A program made the position numbers and the translations under genes. The notes beneath the pieces were generated by a model. That model did no database searches. It had not been told where the DNA came from and was given only the letters and a program-made list of their open reading frames with translations. Positions 10,539-21,449 of a stretch of 32,000 nucleotides of DNA are shown here, piece by piece (within the stretch, counting starts at the first letter, position 1; every line of letters starts with the position of its first letter). Origin of the DNA: Mycoplasmoides pneumoniae FH. GTDB taxonomy: Bacteria > Bacillota_I > Bacilli_A > Mycoplasmatales > Mycoplasmoidaceae. The DNA lies in assembly GCF_001272835.1 (NCBI RefSeq), contig NZ_CP010546.1:90001-122000 (forward strand), given 5' to 3'.

Positions 10539-11935
10539 TGCGATACTTTGCCCTCACTGATTTAACCAAGCCCACTGCAAAATTTACCACTGATGCCATG
10601 GAACTGCGTCAGATATCCAATGCTTACCTCAACCAAGCCCAAGCATATTTGCAAAAGGGTTTAAAGCAACTCAAAAAGGATTACAAGAATGCCATTTTGT
10701 ATACCCCCAAAACGGAGTACAAGCGCTTTTTGAAATGGAAGCAAACTTTTCTTCAAGATTTAAACCAAACCCAAAAGCGCTTCTTTATTGTTCGTGCCCA
10801 ACATTTTTCTTACGTGTTGTTGTTTAACTTATTGGATGAACAGGTGGAAGCGGTGATTGCGACCTTTAACAACTTCTTGGATGAACACCGCTTGGAGGCA
10901 CAATCCAAGCAGTTTGATTTAGACACAGCTGTCAATGAACTGCATGATTACTTTGACCAACTGCAAAAGAACACCGCTTACAGCGAGGATTTACCAACTC
11001 ACCTCACGCAAAAAACCGAGCAATTAATTAACGCTCGTAATACCCAGTTAACGAATTTGTTAAACAAGATTGCTACTACCAAACCACCCCTAAACAAACA
11101 GCAACGTTTGTTAGCCAGTTTTCGCAATTACCACGAACACCTCTTTTTAAAGAACGAGGTCAAAAAGGTGACTTGGTTAAACGAACCACGCGCCAAAAAA
11201 GAGTCTGTTACCCCTGATGAAGAACACATTATTGAACTTAAAAACGTTTACAAGTACATTACTAATGGGGTGACTACCAATGCCGTTTTAAAGGGCATAG
11301 ATCTCAAACTCAAAGCCCATGATTTCATTGTGATTTTAGGTCCCTCTGGCTCGGGGAAAACGACCCTGCTCAACATTATTTCCGGGATGGACCGGCCATC
11401 AAGCGGATCTGTTGTCGTTAATGGTCAGGAAATGATTTGCATGAACGACCGTCAGTTAACTAACTTTCGCCGCAACTATGTCGGTTACATCTTCCAGCAG
11501 TACGGGCTTTTACCCAACCTAACTGTAAGGGAAAACGTTGAAGTGGGTGCTAACTTGCAACGTAACCCTGATAAGCGGATTAACATTGATGAACTGTTAG
11601 AAGCAGTAGGGATGAAACACCTCCAAAAGAAACTCCCCAACGAGTTGAGTGGTGGACAACAACAACGGGTCTCGATTGCACGGGCGTTTGCTAAAAATCC
11701 CTTACTCATTTTTGGTGATGAACCAACTGGGGCTTTGGATTTGGAAATGACCCAAATTGTGCTCAAACAGTTTTTAGCCATTAAACAACGCTATAAAACC
11801 ACGATGGTCATAGTGACGCACAATAACCTAATTGCCCAACTAGCCGATTTAGTCATTTATGTGGCAGATGGCAAAATTCAAGCACTGCAAGCAAACCCTA
11901 ATCCCAAACAGGTTGAGGACATTAACTGAATTTAG
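10538..11935 (+). CDS. ABC transporter ATP-binding protein with about 230-aa N-terminal helical extension, 465 aa
   Basis: The start overlaps the permease stop (TAATG). Walker A GPSGSGKTT, signature LSGGQQQRVSIARA and Walker B LIFGDEPTGALD are present. The track end at 11929 is a TGA; the true stop is TAG 11933-11935. Confidence 0.9.
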
Positions 11936-11955
11936 ATCTAATAAAATTAGAGCAA

Positions 11956-13902
11956 ATGAAAAACCTGTTTGCTTGCCAACACTTAGCGTTAAGTGCTATT
12001 CAACACGCTAAGGGTGGTCATGTGGGAATGGCCTTAGGTGCTAGTCCTATTTTGTACACCTTATGGACTAAACACATCCAGTTTAACCCTAACTGTCCCA
12101 AATGGATTAACCGGGACCGTTTAGTGATGAGTGCAGGTCATGGTAGTATGGCCTTATACCCGATCTTACACTTTGCGGGGTTAATTACGAAGCAGGAAAT
12201 GCTCCATCACAAATACGGGCAAGTCAACACCTCTTCCCATCCCGAGTATGCCCCTAATAACTTTATTGATGCGTCCACTGGTCCCTTAGGACAAGGCCTA
12301 GGAATGGCTGTCGGGATGGCCTTGACACAACGGGTACTAGCAGCTGAATTTAAAGCGTTAAGTCCCAAACTGTTTGACCACTTTACCTATGTGGTTGTGG
12401 GTGATGGTGATCTCCAGGAAGGGGTGAGTTATGAGGTAGCTCACTTAGCAGGGGTCTACCAGTTAAATAAGCTAATAGTGCTCCATGATTCCAACCGGGT
12501 GCAGATGGACAGTGTCGTGCGTGATGTGTCCTTGGAAAACCTGCAAACCCGGTTTACCAACATGGGGTGAAATTACCTTGAAACTAGTGATGCAGTTGCA
12601 GACATTGATGCTGCCATTGAACAAGCGAAAAAGTCCGATAAGCCGACCTTCATTGAGGTGCACACGACAATTGCTAAAAACACCACCTTGGAAGACCAAC
12701 CCGCTGGTCACTGGTTTATTCCTACCGACAAGGACTTTGCGCGCTTTAACAGCAACACCAAGACTAACTTTACCCCGTTTGAATATCCCCAAACGGTGTA
12801 TGACTTCTTTCACAAGCAGGTCATAGCACGCCAAGCTAAACCAGTGCAAGCTTACAAGGAATTACTGGAAAAACTAAAGGACAAACCGCTGTATACTAAG
12901 TTTATTAATTGAACGGAAAACGATTACCAGGCGTTGTACCTCAACCAGTTAGATGAACGCAAGGTAGCACAAACCAATGCGGCAACCCGTAACTACCTCA
13001 AGGACTTTTTAGGCCAAATTAACAACAGTAATTCCAACTTGTACTGTCTCAATGCTGATGTAGCACGTTCGTGTAACATTAAGTTAGGTGATGATAATTT
13101 ACATACCAATCCGCATTCGCGCAACATTCAGGTGGGTATTCGGGAATTTGGTATGTCCACCATTATGAACGGGATGGCACTCCATGGTGGGGTCAAAGTG
13201 ATGGGTGGTACATTCCTAGCGTTTGCTGATTATTCCAAACCCGCAATTCGCTTAGGGGCGTTAATGAACCTCCCCACCTTTTATGTGTACACCCATGACT
13301 CTTACCAAGTCGGTGGTGATGGACCAACCCACCAACCGTACGATCAACTCCCGATGTTAAGGGCCATTGAAAACGTTCAGGTTTGACGGCCTTGTGATGA
13401 AAAGGAAACAGCGGCTGGGGTTAACTATGGTTTGTTAAGCCAAGACCAAACTAACGTATTAATTTTGACCCGTCAAGCTTTGCCTTCCCTAGAACAATCT
13501 GATAGTGTACAGACCTTGAAAGGGGGCTATATTATTAGTAATAGAAAACAACCCGATGTCATTGTGGCCGCTAGTGGCAGTGAAGTTCAGCTGGCATTGC
13601 AACTAGAACAAGCTCTAAACGAACAACAATTAAAGACGCGGGTGGTGTCAGTGCCCAACATTAACATGTTGTTAAGTCAACCCCAAAGCTACTTGCAACA
13701 ACTGTTTGATCCTAACAGTGTTTTACTCACCTTAGAAGCGAGTGCTAGCATGGAGTGGTATGCACTAGCAAAATACGTCAAAAAGCACACCCACTTAGGT
13801 GCTTTTAGCTTTGGTGAGTCCAATGACGGGCAAGTCGTGTATGAACACAAGGGCTTTAATGTGACTAACTTACTCAAGTTGATTAAAACTCTAAAGAGTT
13901 AA
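11956..13902 (+). CDS. tkt: Transketolase, 648 aa
   Basis: Four same-frame track ORFs (11956, 12658, 12934, 13432) are joined by TGA codons. Motifs seen: GGHVGMALG, the TPP-binding VVGDGDLQEG, and HDSYQVGGDGPTHQP. Confidence 0.9.
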
Positions 13903-13911
13903 AATAGAGTA

Positions 13912-15513
13912 ATGGTTAAGGTCTGAAAAATTGGGTTTGGGGTCTTTCTACCAACAGCGCTTTTATTCTCGGCCTGTTCGTTTAAGGACTATATTCCTAC
14001 ACCAAGCTTTAGGAAGGATTTCAGTACGGAGAACAATTTTGTTAAAAATAAGGTTCCCGGGAAGGATGACATTTACAGTAAATTTTACGATCTAACCTTT
14101 TCCTTAAACTTTGTTAACAACCAAGCCCAAGATTTTGGTACCGGTTGGTTAATTGACTGGAAGGGTGATGAGAATAAGGATCTAAGCAAAAACAAAGAAG
14201 GACAAACGGCATCTCAAACCAGAAGTTCCTCTGAACAAACTACCGATCAAGACGCTAACCTCTTTACTGCCTATATCGCCACTAACCTCCATGTCGCGGA
14301 TGGTTTAAAGAATGATCAGGACTACGCTCCTTACAACAAGGATGGTTGGGGTCAACCATATCCTTACCAGCAAAAAACCCAATCCTTCTTATTAGGTAAG
14401 TACACCAAACCTAATGTCCAGTTAGTCAAGACTAACTATGAAAAGCCAGAGGATGCCGTGATTGAGCAGAAGCTCAAGGAAGATTCGCTGTTGTTTATCC
14501 AAACGAGTACGTTACCTAAAACAGCATACGCAGCAATTGATCCGGTGAACTTTAGCTATAACCCAACCCGTACCAACGGTTTTTGAACAGCCGGTAAATA
14601 CAATGTTTACAATGGTGGTAACAGCATTGGTAACTATGCTGATTTTGCTGTGATTGAAGTACCGTTAGTACTATCCAACCCCAATGATGCCAAGATCTAC
14701 CAAGAGTGGATTAGACCAGCTACCCAAGCCTACAAATATTTAGGTGATGTAGAAGGTTTGTTTGCTAAGAAGGGCTATCGCAGTTACATCCAAGATTTCT
14801 ACCACTTATTGGGTTATCCGGTAACTAAGAACACTAAATCAGAGTTTATTTTGGGACAAAGTCAAGGTACTGTGAACCACATGAGTTTTAGTAATGATGA
14901 GTCCAATACTACTAATACTATTACTAAAGCTAGCTTAACTCAGCAACCCCACAAGGAACAATCAGCTTACGTGGTACGTGAAAGTGGACTGCCAACCCTA
15001 ACAATGAATGTGGACAAGTACACTGGTGCAAAGGGAACTCACCTAGTTAACGTTGACCAAATTACTGACCTTAGTTTGGGTGATGGTTTAATTGACTTTG
15101 GTGGATTATCACGCTTTATCTTGCAGTACCACAATGTGAACTATAAGCAATTTGGTTATGGCACGATCTTGTGAGATACTAACTTTGCCGGTGGTTCTTC
15201 TGGTAGTGCCATCTTTAACCAAAACAAGCAGATTAACAGTATTTACTTTGGAGCATTAGTTAATGTAACTACCGACAGAAACGAAAATGTGGGTTTAGGC
15301 TTAGGGCAAATTCTCCGTGCTCCCAATACCTTCAACTCTTCCCACGAAGTGCCCTATTCTTATGACCTCATCTTTGGTGATGTTAACACCACCAATTTTT
15401 ACGCCCAGTTTGCGAAAAAGCACAACACCCACATGTGGAGCAAAATTCAAAGTACGCAGAATGGAGAAATTGGTTTCCACAAAAATTCAAAAACCGGTCA
15501 ACAGCGGCATTAA
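13912..15513 (+). CDS. Lipoprotein, DUF31 (putative chymotrypsin-fold peptidase) family, 533 aa
   Basis: ATG 13912 gives the signal peptide MVKVWKIGFGVFLPTALLFSAC with a lipobox Cys. It shares a frame with track ORFs 14650..15174 and 15289..15513. My hand translation of 13912-14650 shows only TGA interruptions. Motifs NLHV, ADFAVIEV and GGSSGS are present. Confidence 0.8.
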
Positions 15514-15562
15514 TCGGTTTTTGAGTAAATTTATAAAGTACTATTTTCTTTAACTAGTTGCC

Positions 15563-17137
15563 ATGTTACTCCGCTCTGTTTGGTATAAGCTTGGTAGTCT
15601 GTTAATCATCTTACCGCTAACGGGTTGTGGTTATGTCAGACTAAAGCGTGCTAATTTCCAAACAGACTTTACCATTAACCGCATTCCCACCCAAGGGGAT
15701 GTGTACCATGATAACTATGACCTGACTTTTTCACTCAACTTTGCTACTAGTTCCAAAGATTCTTATGGTACGGGTTGGTTAATTGACTGGAAGGGTGATG
15801 AGAATAAGCCTAGCAATACCGATCCCTTCCTGATTTACTTAGCGACTAACCTACACGTAGTCGATGCCTTGCGCAATCCCCAAGACTATGAACCTTACAA
15901 TAAGGATAGTAATGGTCAGGACTATGGTAATCGTGATATAACCCATTTCTTTGCATTGGGTAAATACACTGATCCAGGTTTATTGGGTGTTGAAACAAAA
16001 GAGCAATCAGCCTTTATTTCGATTCAAACATCAGCAATCCCCAAAACCGCTTATACGGCTAATGATTTTGTTGATTATCAGTATGATAGTCTTACAAAAC
16101 AGTGAAATAAAAAGAGTGATCAAAAAGATCAAACTCAAGAACAAACGGTAACAGGGCAAAGCTGATCTTACAAACCAGCTTATGCTGACTTTGCGGTAAT
16201 TGAAGTGCCATTGTTCTTAGACAACGTCCGTGACAAACAGGTCTTTGATTATTTTGTCAAACCAGCCATTGAGACCTATAAAAAGCTTGGTGATACGGCT
16301 CAATTATTTACTGAGCAAAACCTAAAGGAATTGGAAAAGGAAACCTATATTATGCTGGGCTATCCGGTAGTGGAGAGCAATATTTATGCCCACATTTTAG
16401 GTCAAGGAAAAGAGTTGCGTGTGACTCAACAAGTCAACAACCAACCAGTTAAAAAGAACTATGTTTTGCAAACCATTACTAAAGAGCAACACACTTTGGA
16501 TATTACGCGTGAAATACCAACCTTAATCCAAAACAAGAGTTTATCGGGTGATTTTGTTGGTAGTAAGCTCTTATCTCAAGAAGAACAACAGCAAGAACAT
16601 GCTTTTTTGGGTAACTTAAACCAAGGGATAATTGACTTTGCTAGATTGTCAAACTTTAACTTGCAGTACCACAACCGCGAATACCAACAATACGGTAAGG
16701 GTTTAGCATTAGCTAACACTAACTTTAGTGGTGGTTCATCCGGTACCTTAGTTTTAAATCAACAAAAACAAATTTCCGGGGTTTACTTTGGCGTGTTAGA
16801 GTTTGGTGGCACCAACGGCACTAACCGTGAAAGTAGTATTGGTGTTGGTCAAATTTTGCGAGTAAAAGATGACGCTCAACTCCAACAACACAGTCACAAC
16901 AACTTACTTTCACAATTAGGTTCCAGTCATAACTCGATTACTTACGACATTATTTTTGGTAACAAAGACACTAAAAACTACTACGCCCAGTTTGCCAAAA
17001 AACATCAAACACATTTGTACAGCCAAATAAGTTCAAGTAATCAGCAAGAACTCAAATACGTCGATAACGATCCAAATCTCAAGATTAAAGAAGAGGCTGC
17101 CAAAAGCACTGTTCAGAATTTAACTGTCTACAGTTAA
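15563..17137 (+). CDS. Lipoprotein, DUF31 family paralog, 524 aa
   Basis: The signal peptide MLLRSVWYKLGSLLIILPLTGC carries a lipobox. Track ORFs 15563..16105 and 16205..17137 share a frame across TGA codons. It is a paralog of the upstream gene (GTGWLIDWKGDENK, ADFAVIEVPL, NFSGGSSGT, YYAQFAKKH). Confidence 0.8.
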
Positions 17138-17243
17138 TTACTTTTCGCATTTCAATAATTGAAGAGTTGGTTAGCACAAATTTAAATTTAAGGCTAGTTT
17201 AATGACTATTTATTTTTAATTAGTCAACAGTGATTTAAATTTT

Positions 17244-18683
17244 ATGCAATTAACTACAAGTCAACAAATGCAAACTAACTTTCTTACTACAAATAAACAT
17301 CACTTATTGAAATACACCAACGGTTTGATTTGGTGTTGGTGATTATTTGTTATTTCTTTAGTTTTAGCTTCATCGACATTTAGAGGTTTCTTTCTCGGCA
17401 CTATCAATATTGTGAATTTTGTGTTTTGGATATTAGCACTGATTTTTGGTGTAGCTGTCGCTTTCATTAATGGTGTTTTGAGTAGTGAATTAAAAGAAAA
17501 TTCAGTTTTTCAAGAAGAACAAAAACGATTCTTCTTGGGCTTTTTCTTTCCACAAATGGCTTTCTGTAATGCGCTTTGACTGAAACTTAAATTAAGCTAT
17601 CTAAATTCTGAAAGAGAAAACTTATTAGAAAAAATAAAGCAAAAACTAAAGAAGCTTACCTTGTCTGTTTTTGTTGTTTGAGGAATTTATTGTGTTTTAG
17701 CAACCTCAATTTATTTACCAAATGCATTAAGAATTTTAAACATTTATCAAATACCTAACTTAATCGCTTTAATAAATAATAGATTGAGTGAAATTTTGCC
17801 AGATGGTAACCGTTATTTTTTAGGTCATTCTTCATTCGCTTTTCATTACTATGAAATAGTTTCAAGGATTCCTTTTTTAGTTTTCTTTATTATTCCAACA
17901 ATAACCTTAATTACTTTAGGTTGCTATTTATTCGCTTACTTAAGGTTTATAAACTCAAATAAGTTAAGAAAACCACTTTCTACTTTATCAATAGTTATCA
18001 TGCTGACTGATGTTGTGGGAATAATTCAATGAATAATTATTGATATCTTATTAATTTGGCTTAATGTACCCTTTGTTATATTTGTAATTTTTTGAGTAAT
18101 AAAACTTGTTTTGCCTTTAGCAATGATAGGTACGTTTGTCAGCTCCTTAACTATTTACAAAAAAGTAACAAGCAAAGAATGATTAGCAATAAAAGAAGAA
18201 CAAATTAATTTAACGACAATGAATATTAATATTAATATGGGAGAGCAATCATCCAAAAACATGAATTCTTTTGAAAATCATGAATCAAATGAACGAAATA
18301 GTCTTCAAATTTATCAACAACATTCATCTATGATGTCAGAAACAAAGAGAAAACAAAGTAGCTTAAGTTATGATGCCAGAATTCTTTTACCTAAAAGTCC
18401 CTATAACACAAAGAAAACTTTATTTTTAATTATTTTCTTTTCCATTATCTCCTTGATATTGGCAACTATAGGTAGTGTGTTCATTTCTTTTGCTATAGTT
18501 CAAATTTCTATACCTTTTTACGTTATAGGTGGAGTTATTTGATTTTTTACTTTTATTTTCTTTATAGTAACTTTTGTAGCAATTGTAAGGTTCATAGCAG
18601 AGTACTTCGCTAATAAGTTAAATGCACTTACATGAAAAGTGGATCTTTCTGGACTAGAGATTAAACCTAAGGAAGAAGAATAG
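17244..18683 (+). CDS. Multi-pass membrane protein, full-length N-module plus C-module form, 479 aa
   Basis: I hand-translated ATG 17244 to TAG 18681-18683 and found only TGA interruptions. Track ORFs 17784..18032 and 18219..18542 lie in this frame. There are several hydrophobic helices. The N half is homologous to 18829..19770 and 22732..23721. The C half is homologous to 19818..20236 and 20358..20813. Confidence 0.75.
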
Positions 18684-18828
18684 TTATTGATTAAATTTGT
18701 TATTAAAAACCAAAAATTTAGTTTTTAAATAACTTTCTGTCTCTAAAAAAACGTTATCTTGTAAACTCAAAGATAGTTTCAGATTAGCTTTGCTTGCAAA
18801 AGTTTAATCTGTAAAAAGTTTTAATTCT

Positions 18829-19770
18829 ATGGAGTCTGCACTAAACCAAGAGTTTCAAATTGATTTTTGTGTAAAAAACAAAAAACTGTTAAAAATTTTA
18901 GCTAACGTTCTTATTGCTTCTTGGTTATCGTTTGTTGTTTTTTTAATCCTAGGTTGTATAGCTATTGATCTTTTTCGATTTGATCTTTATTCCCAATTTT
19001 TCTTTAATCACTTAAGTACTTTATCTGCTTTAGCATGAACGTTTTTTGTATTAGCAATACTTTTTGGAGCAGCTACATTAGCCATTAATGGGTTTTTCTA
19101 TAAAGAAATAAGAAAAAAATCAGCTTTTAAAGAAGATTCTAAATAGTTTCTTTTAGGCATTTTCTTTCCCCAACTTGCTTTTTCCAATGCGCTTTTCCTT
19201 AAATTTAAGTTAGCCCATTTGGATTTAAAAAAAGAACTTTTATTTAAAAAAGTAAAGCATAAAATAAAACTAATTAGTTTATTTATTTTTGGATTTTGAT
19301 CAATTTATGTTGTTTGCATGACTTTAATTTATGTGCCAACTATACTTAATTTAATTGATAGTTTCAATTATTCCGAATCCATCTATAAATGAGTTGACTA
19401 TTTCTTTCGCCATTTAGAAAGTAGAGATTTTTATTTTAGTAACTTTGGTTTTATATCACTCTTTTTGTTGCTTTTTGTTATTCCAACAATCACTCTCACA
19501 ACATTAGGTTGCTTTCTATTTAGTTATTTACGGTTCACAGATATAAACAAAATAAAGATACAGATTTACAGCTTGTTAACTGTTTTCATTTTTATTGATG
19601 TTTTTGGTTTAGTGGTGTCTGTTCTGTTTGGTTATCTTTTACCTCTTGCTTTTGACTCACTGCCTTTTTCAGTGAATTTAACAAGAGAGGTGTTTTTGTC
19701 TTTAGCTATGATAGTCATATTTGCTAACAGTGTCATTTTTACTTTAAGGCAAAAAAGAAATATTGATTAA
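18829..19770 (+). pseudogene. N-module paralog interrupted by an in-frame TAG (19144-19146)
   Basis: This is one frame from ATG 18829 to TAA 19768-19770. It is collinear with 17244-18180 (e.g. FFPQLAFSNALFLKFKL vs FFPQMAFCNALWLKLKL; IPTITLTTLGCFLFSYLRF vs IPTITLITLGCYLFAYLRF). A single TAG sits where copy 1 has CGA. It may exist as two separately annotated ORFs. Confidence 0.6.
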
Positions 19771-19817
19771 TTAGCGAAAAAGAACGATTAAAGCTTCAAG
19801 CAATTGCTAATTTAAAT

Positions 19818-20236
19818 ATGGAAAAAGAAACAAAGAAAGATTTATTAAGTGAAGTGAAAAATAGCTTTCATTCTTCTAACAAAAATATTAAAAGCGAAAT
19901 TATTTTGAAGAACACTTCAGAAAATAATATTTATTTAAGAAGCGATGCGAGAAGGCTTTTACCTAGAATCCCTTATAACACAAAGAGTGCATTATTATTC
20001 ACCCTTTTATTTGCATTTCTATCTGGCCTTTCTTATGGTCTTGCATCTTTATGTATTAACTTCTCGTTTACTTCGCCACAAATTTTCATTGTCTTAATTT
20101 ATTAGGGGTTCTTTTCTTTATTGTTGGTCTTGTTTTGGGAATTATTACCTTTATATGATTAATAAGATTCATAGCAGAATACTTTGCTAATCGTTTTTAT
20201 GCACTTAAATGAAAAACCGATGTTCCTAGTACGTAA
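19818..20236 (+). pseudogene. C-module paralog with a frameshift near 20100-20108
   Basis: ATG 19818 gives ...SDARRLLPRIPYNTKSALLF... and stops at TAG 20103-20105. The homologous tail VLFFIVGLVLGIITFIWLIRFIAEYFANRFYALKWKTDVPST continues in another frame (20108..20236). Compare copy 1 IVRFIAEYFANKLNALTWK. Confidence 0.55.
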
Positions 20237-20357
20237 AATAAATCGAAGCAATAATTTAAAAATTGTTATTAAAACAGAATTTTAGTTTTTATCTAGATTT
20301 CCGTTTCCAAAAAAATGTTTCCTTGTAAATTTAAAGAAGTACTTTAAATAGAAAAAA

Positions 20358-20813
20358 GTGAAACAGAATTTAAGTAGTAGAGACTTTATTAAAAAGTCAG
20401 AAAAAACAGTATCAACTACTGTAAATATAAATACAGAAGCTAGTAGTTATATTGCCAAAAATCTAGAAAACCAAAAGGCAGTTCTTTCAGCAAAGGAATT
20501 AGAAAAACAAGAGCTTTTACTAGTGCGCTTAAATGCAGTAAAAAGATTTCCGTGCTATCCATACAATACAAAAAAGGCATTTAATATTTCTGTTTTATTT
20601 GTTCTATTAGCTGGTCTATTTTTTACTGCGTCTTATTTCTCTATTTTTTATTCGATTTTTACTAGGTTTAAAGCTTTACTTATTTTCTTAGGAGTAGTTT
20701 TTATTCTTATAACTTTCATTATGCTAATTCATTGCTATATATGGTCAGTAAGGTTCAAATCAGAGTACCTTGCTAATCGTATTTATGCACTGAATTTTCA
20801 AAAAGGAGCCTAA
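20358..20813 (+). CDS. Stand-alone C-module membrane protein, 151 aa
   Basis: This is an intact track ORF with a GTG start. It shares the PYNTKK motif, two TM helices and the tail RFKSEYLANRIYAL with the C halves at 18219-18683 and 19818-20236. Confidence 0.6.
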   Translation: MKQNLSSRDFIKKSEKTVSTTVNINTEASSYIAKNLENQKAVLSAKELEKQELLLVRLNAVKRFPCYPYNTKKAFNISVLFVLLAGLFFTASYFSIFYSIFTRFKALLIFLGVVFILITFIMLIHCYIWSVRFKSEYLANRIYALNFQKGA

Positions 20814-20862
20814 TATAAGTGTTCAACAAAACCCAACAAAAGAAAACGTTAGTGATGTTAGC

Positions 20863-21333
20863 ATGATAGAAATAAATAATTTGACCGCTTTAGAAAGGGA
20901 TGAAAAAGTAGAAACGGAAGACATTAATACCAATGTAATAGCAAATACTTATACAGTGCAAGCCAATGTTCCAACTGCATTTCAAACCAGTGAAACAAAT
21001 AGTAATACTGTTACTAACGTCCCAAAATCTCCAGAGTTAATAAGTATTCAAAGATTAGAAAGATTAAAAAATAGGTATACTTTCCTATAATTTTTTTCAC
21101 TTTTAATTGGCTTCATTTTAGCCATATTACACATTGGAGGCTTTACTTTTGCAGGTGGTATTAATTTATTGGCCTTTTTAAGTTTTATAGATGCAGTTGC
21201 TTTTATTTGTTTTATTGTTTTCCTGGTTTTAGCAATTTCTACATCGCGAAGAATTAGAGACTTAGAAATGATGCAACAAATGAAAGAACTTGTTGATAAA
21301 AAGCAAGAGACACCAGAGCAAAATAAACAGTAA
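20863..21333 (+). pseudogene. Divergent C-module-like gene with an in-frame TAA (21088-21090)
   Basis: Track ORF 20863..21090 ends on TAA. The same frame continues as FFSLLIGFILAILHIGGFTFAGGINLLAFLSFIDAVAFICFIVFLVLAIS... to TAA 21331-21333. Its layout (polar N-terminus then two TM helices) resembles the C-module, but similarity is weak. It could instead be two small genes. Confidence 0.4.
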
Positions 21334-21449
21334 GTTATTTATTTTTAAGGGTTATTTATTTCTCTTTTTAGGAAATCCATTTGAAATATTTTGCGAATTT
21401 AGTTTATTCAATTCAAAAGACTTTTAAAAGAAATTAAACTGTTACTGTC

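Noticed and set aside
7290-13877. Minus-strand and off-frame ORFs inside the ABC genes and tkt (7290..7481-, 8162..8482-, 8864..9181-, 9254..9490-, 9619..9849+, 9962..10168-, 11485..11781-, 12472..12849-, 12485..12826+, 13689..13877-), and likewise 3594..3806- inside fruA
   Set aside because: They overlap strongly supported sense-frame genes, carry no motifs, and are short. They are shadow ORFs.
15490-15521. Hairpin AAAACCG..CGGTTTT spanning the stop of the first lipoprotein gene, as a terminator
   Set aside because: The 7-bp A/T-rich stem with an 18-nt loop overlaps the coding end and is too weak to call. The next gene starts 42 nt later, so co-transcription is equally likely.
15317-16151. 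ORFs 15317..15553(+) and 15951..16151(+)
   Set aside because: They are alternate frames overlapping the two lipoprotein genes. The lipoprotein frames are supported by paralogy and signal peptides.
18219-18239. AATATT hexamer repeat (MNININM) as a phase-variation tract
   Set aside because: It has only about 2.5 units in an AT-rich gene, which is within chance expectation.
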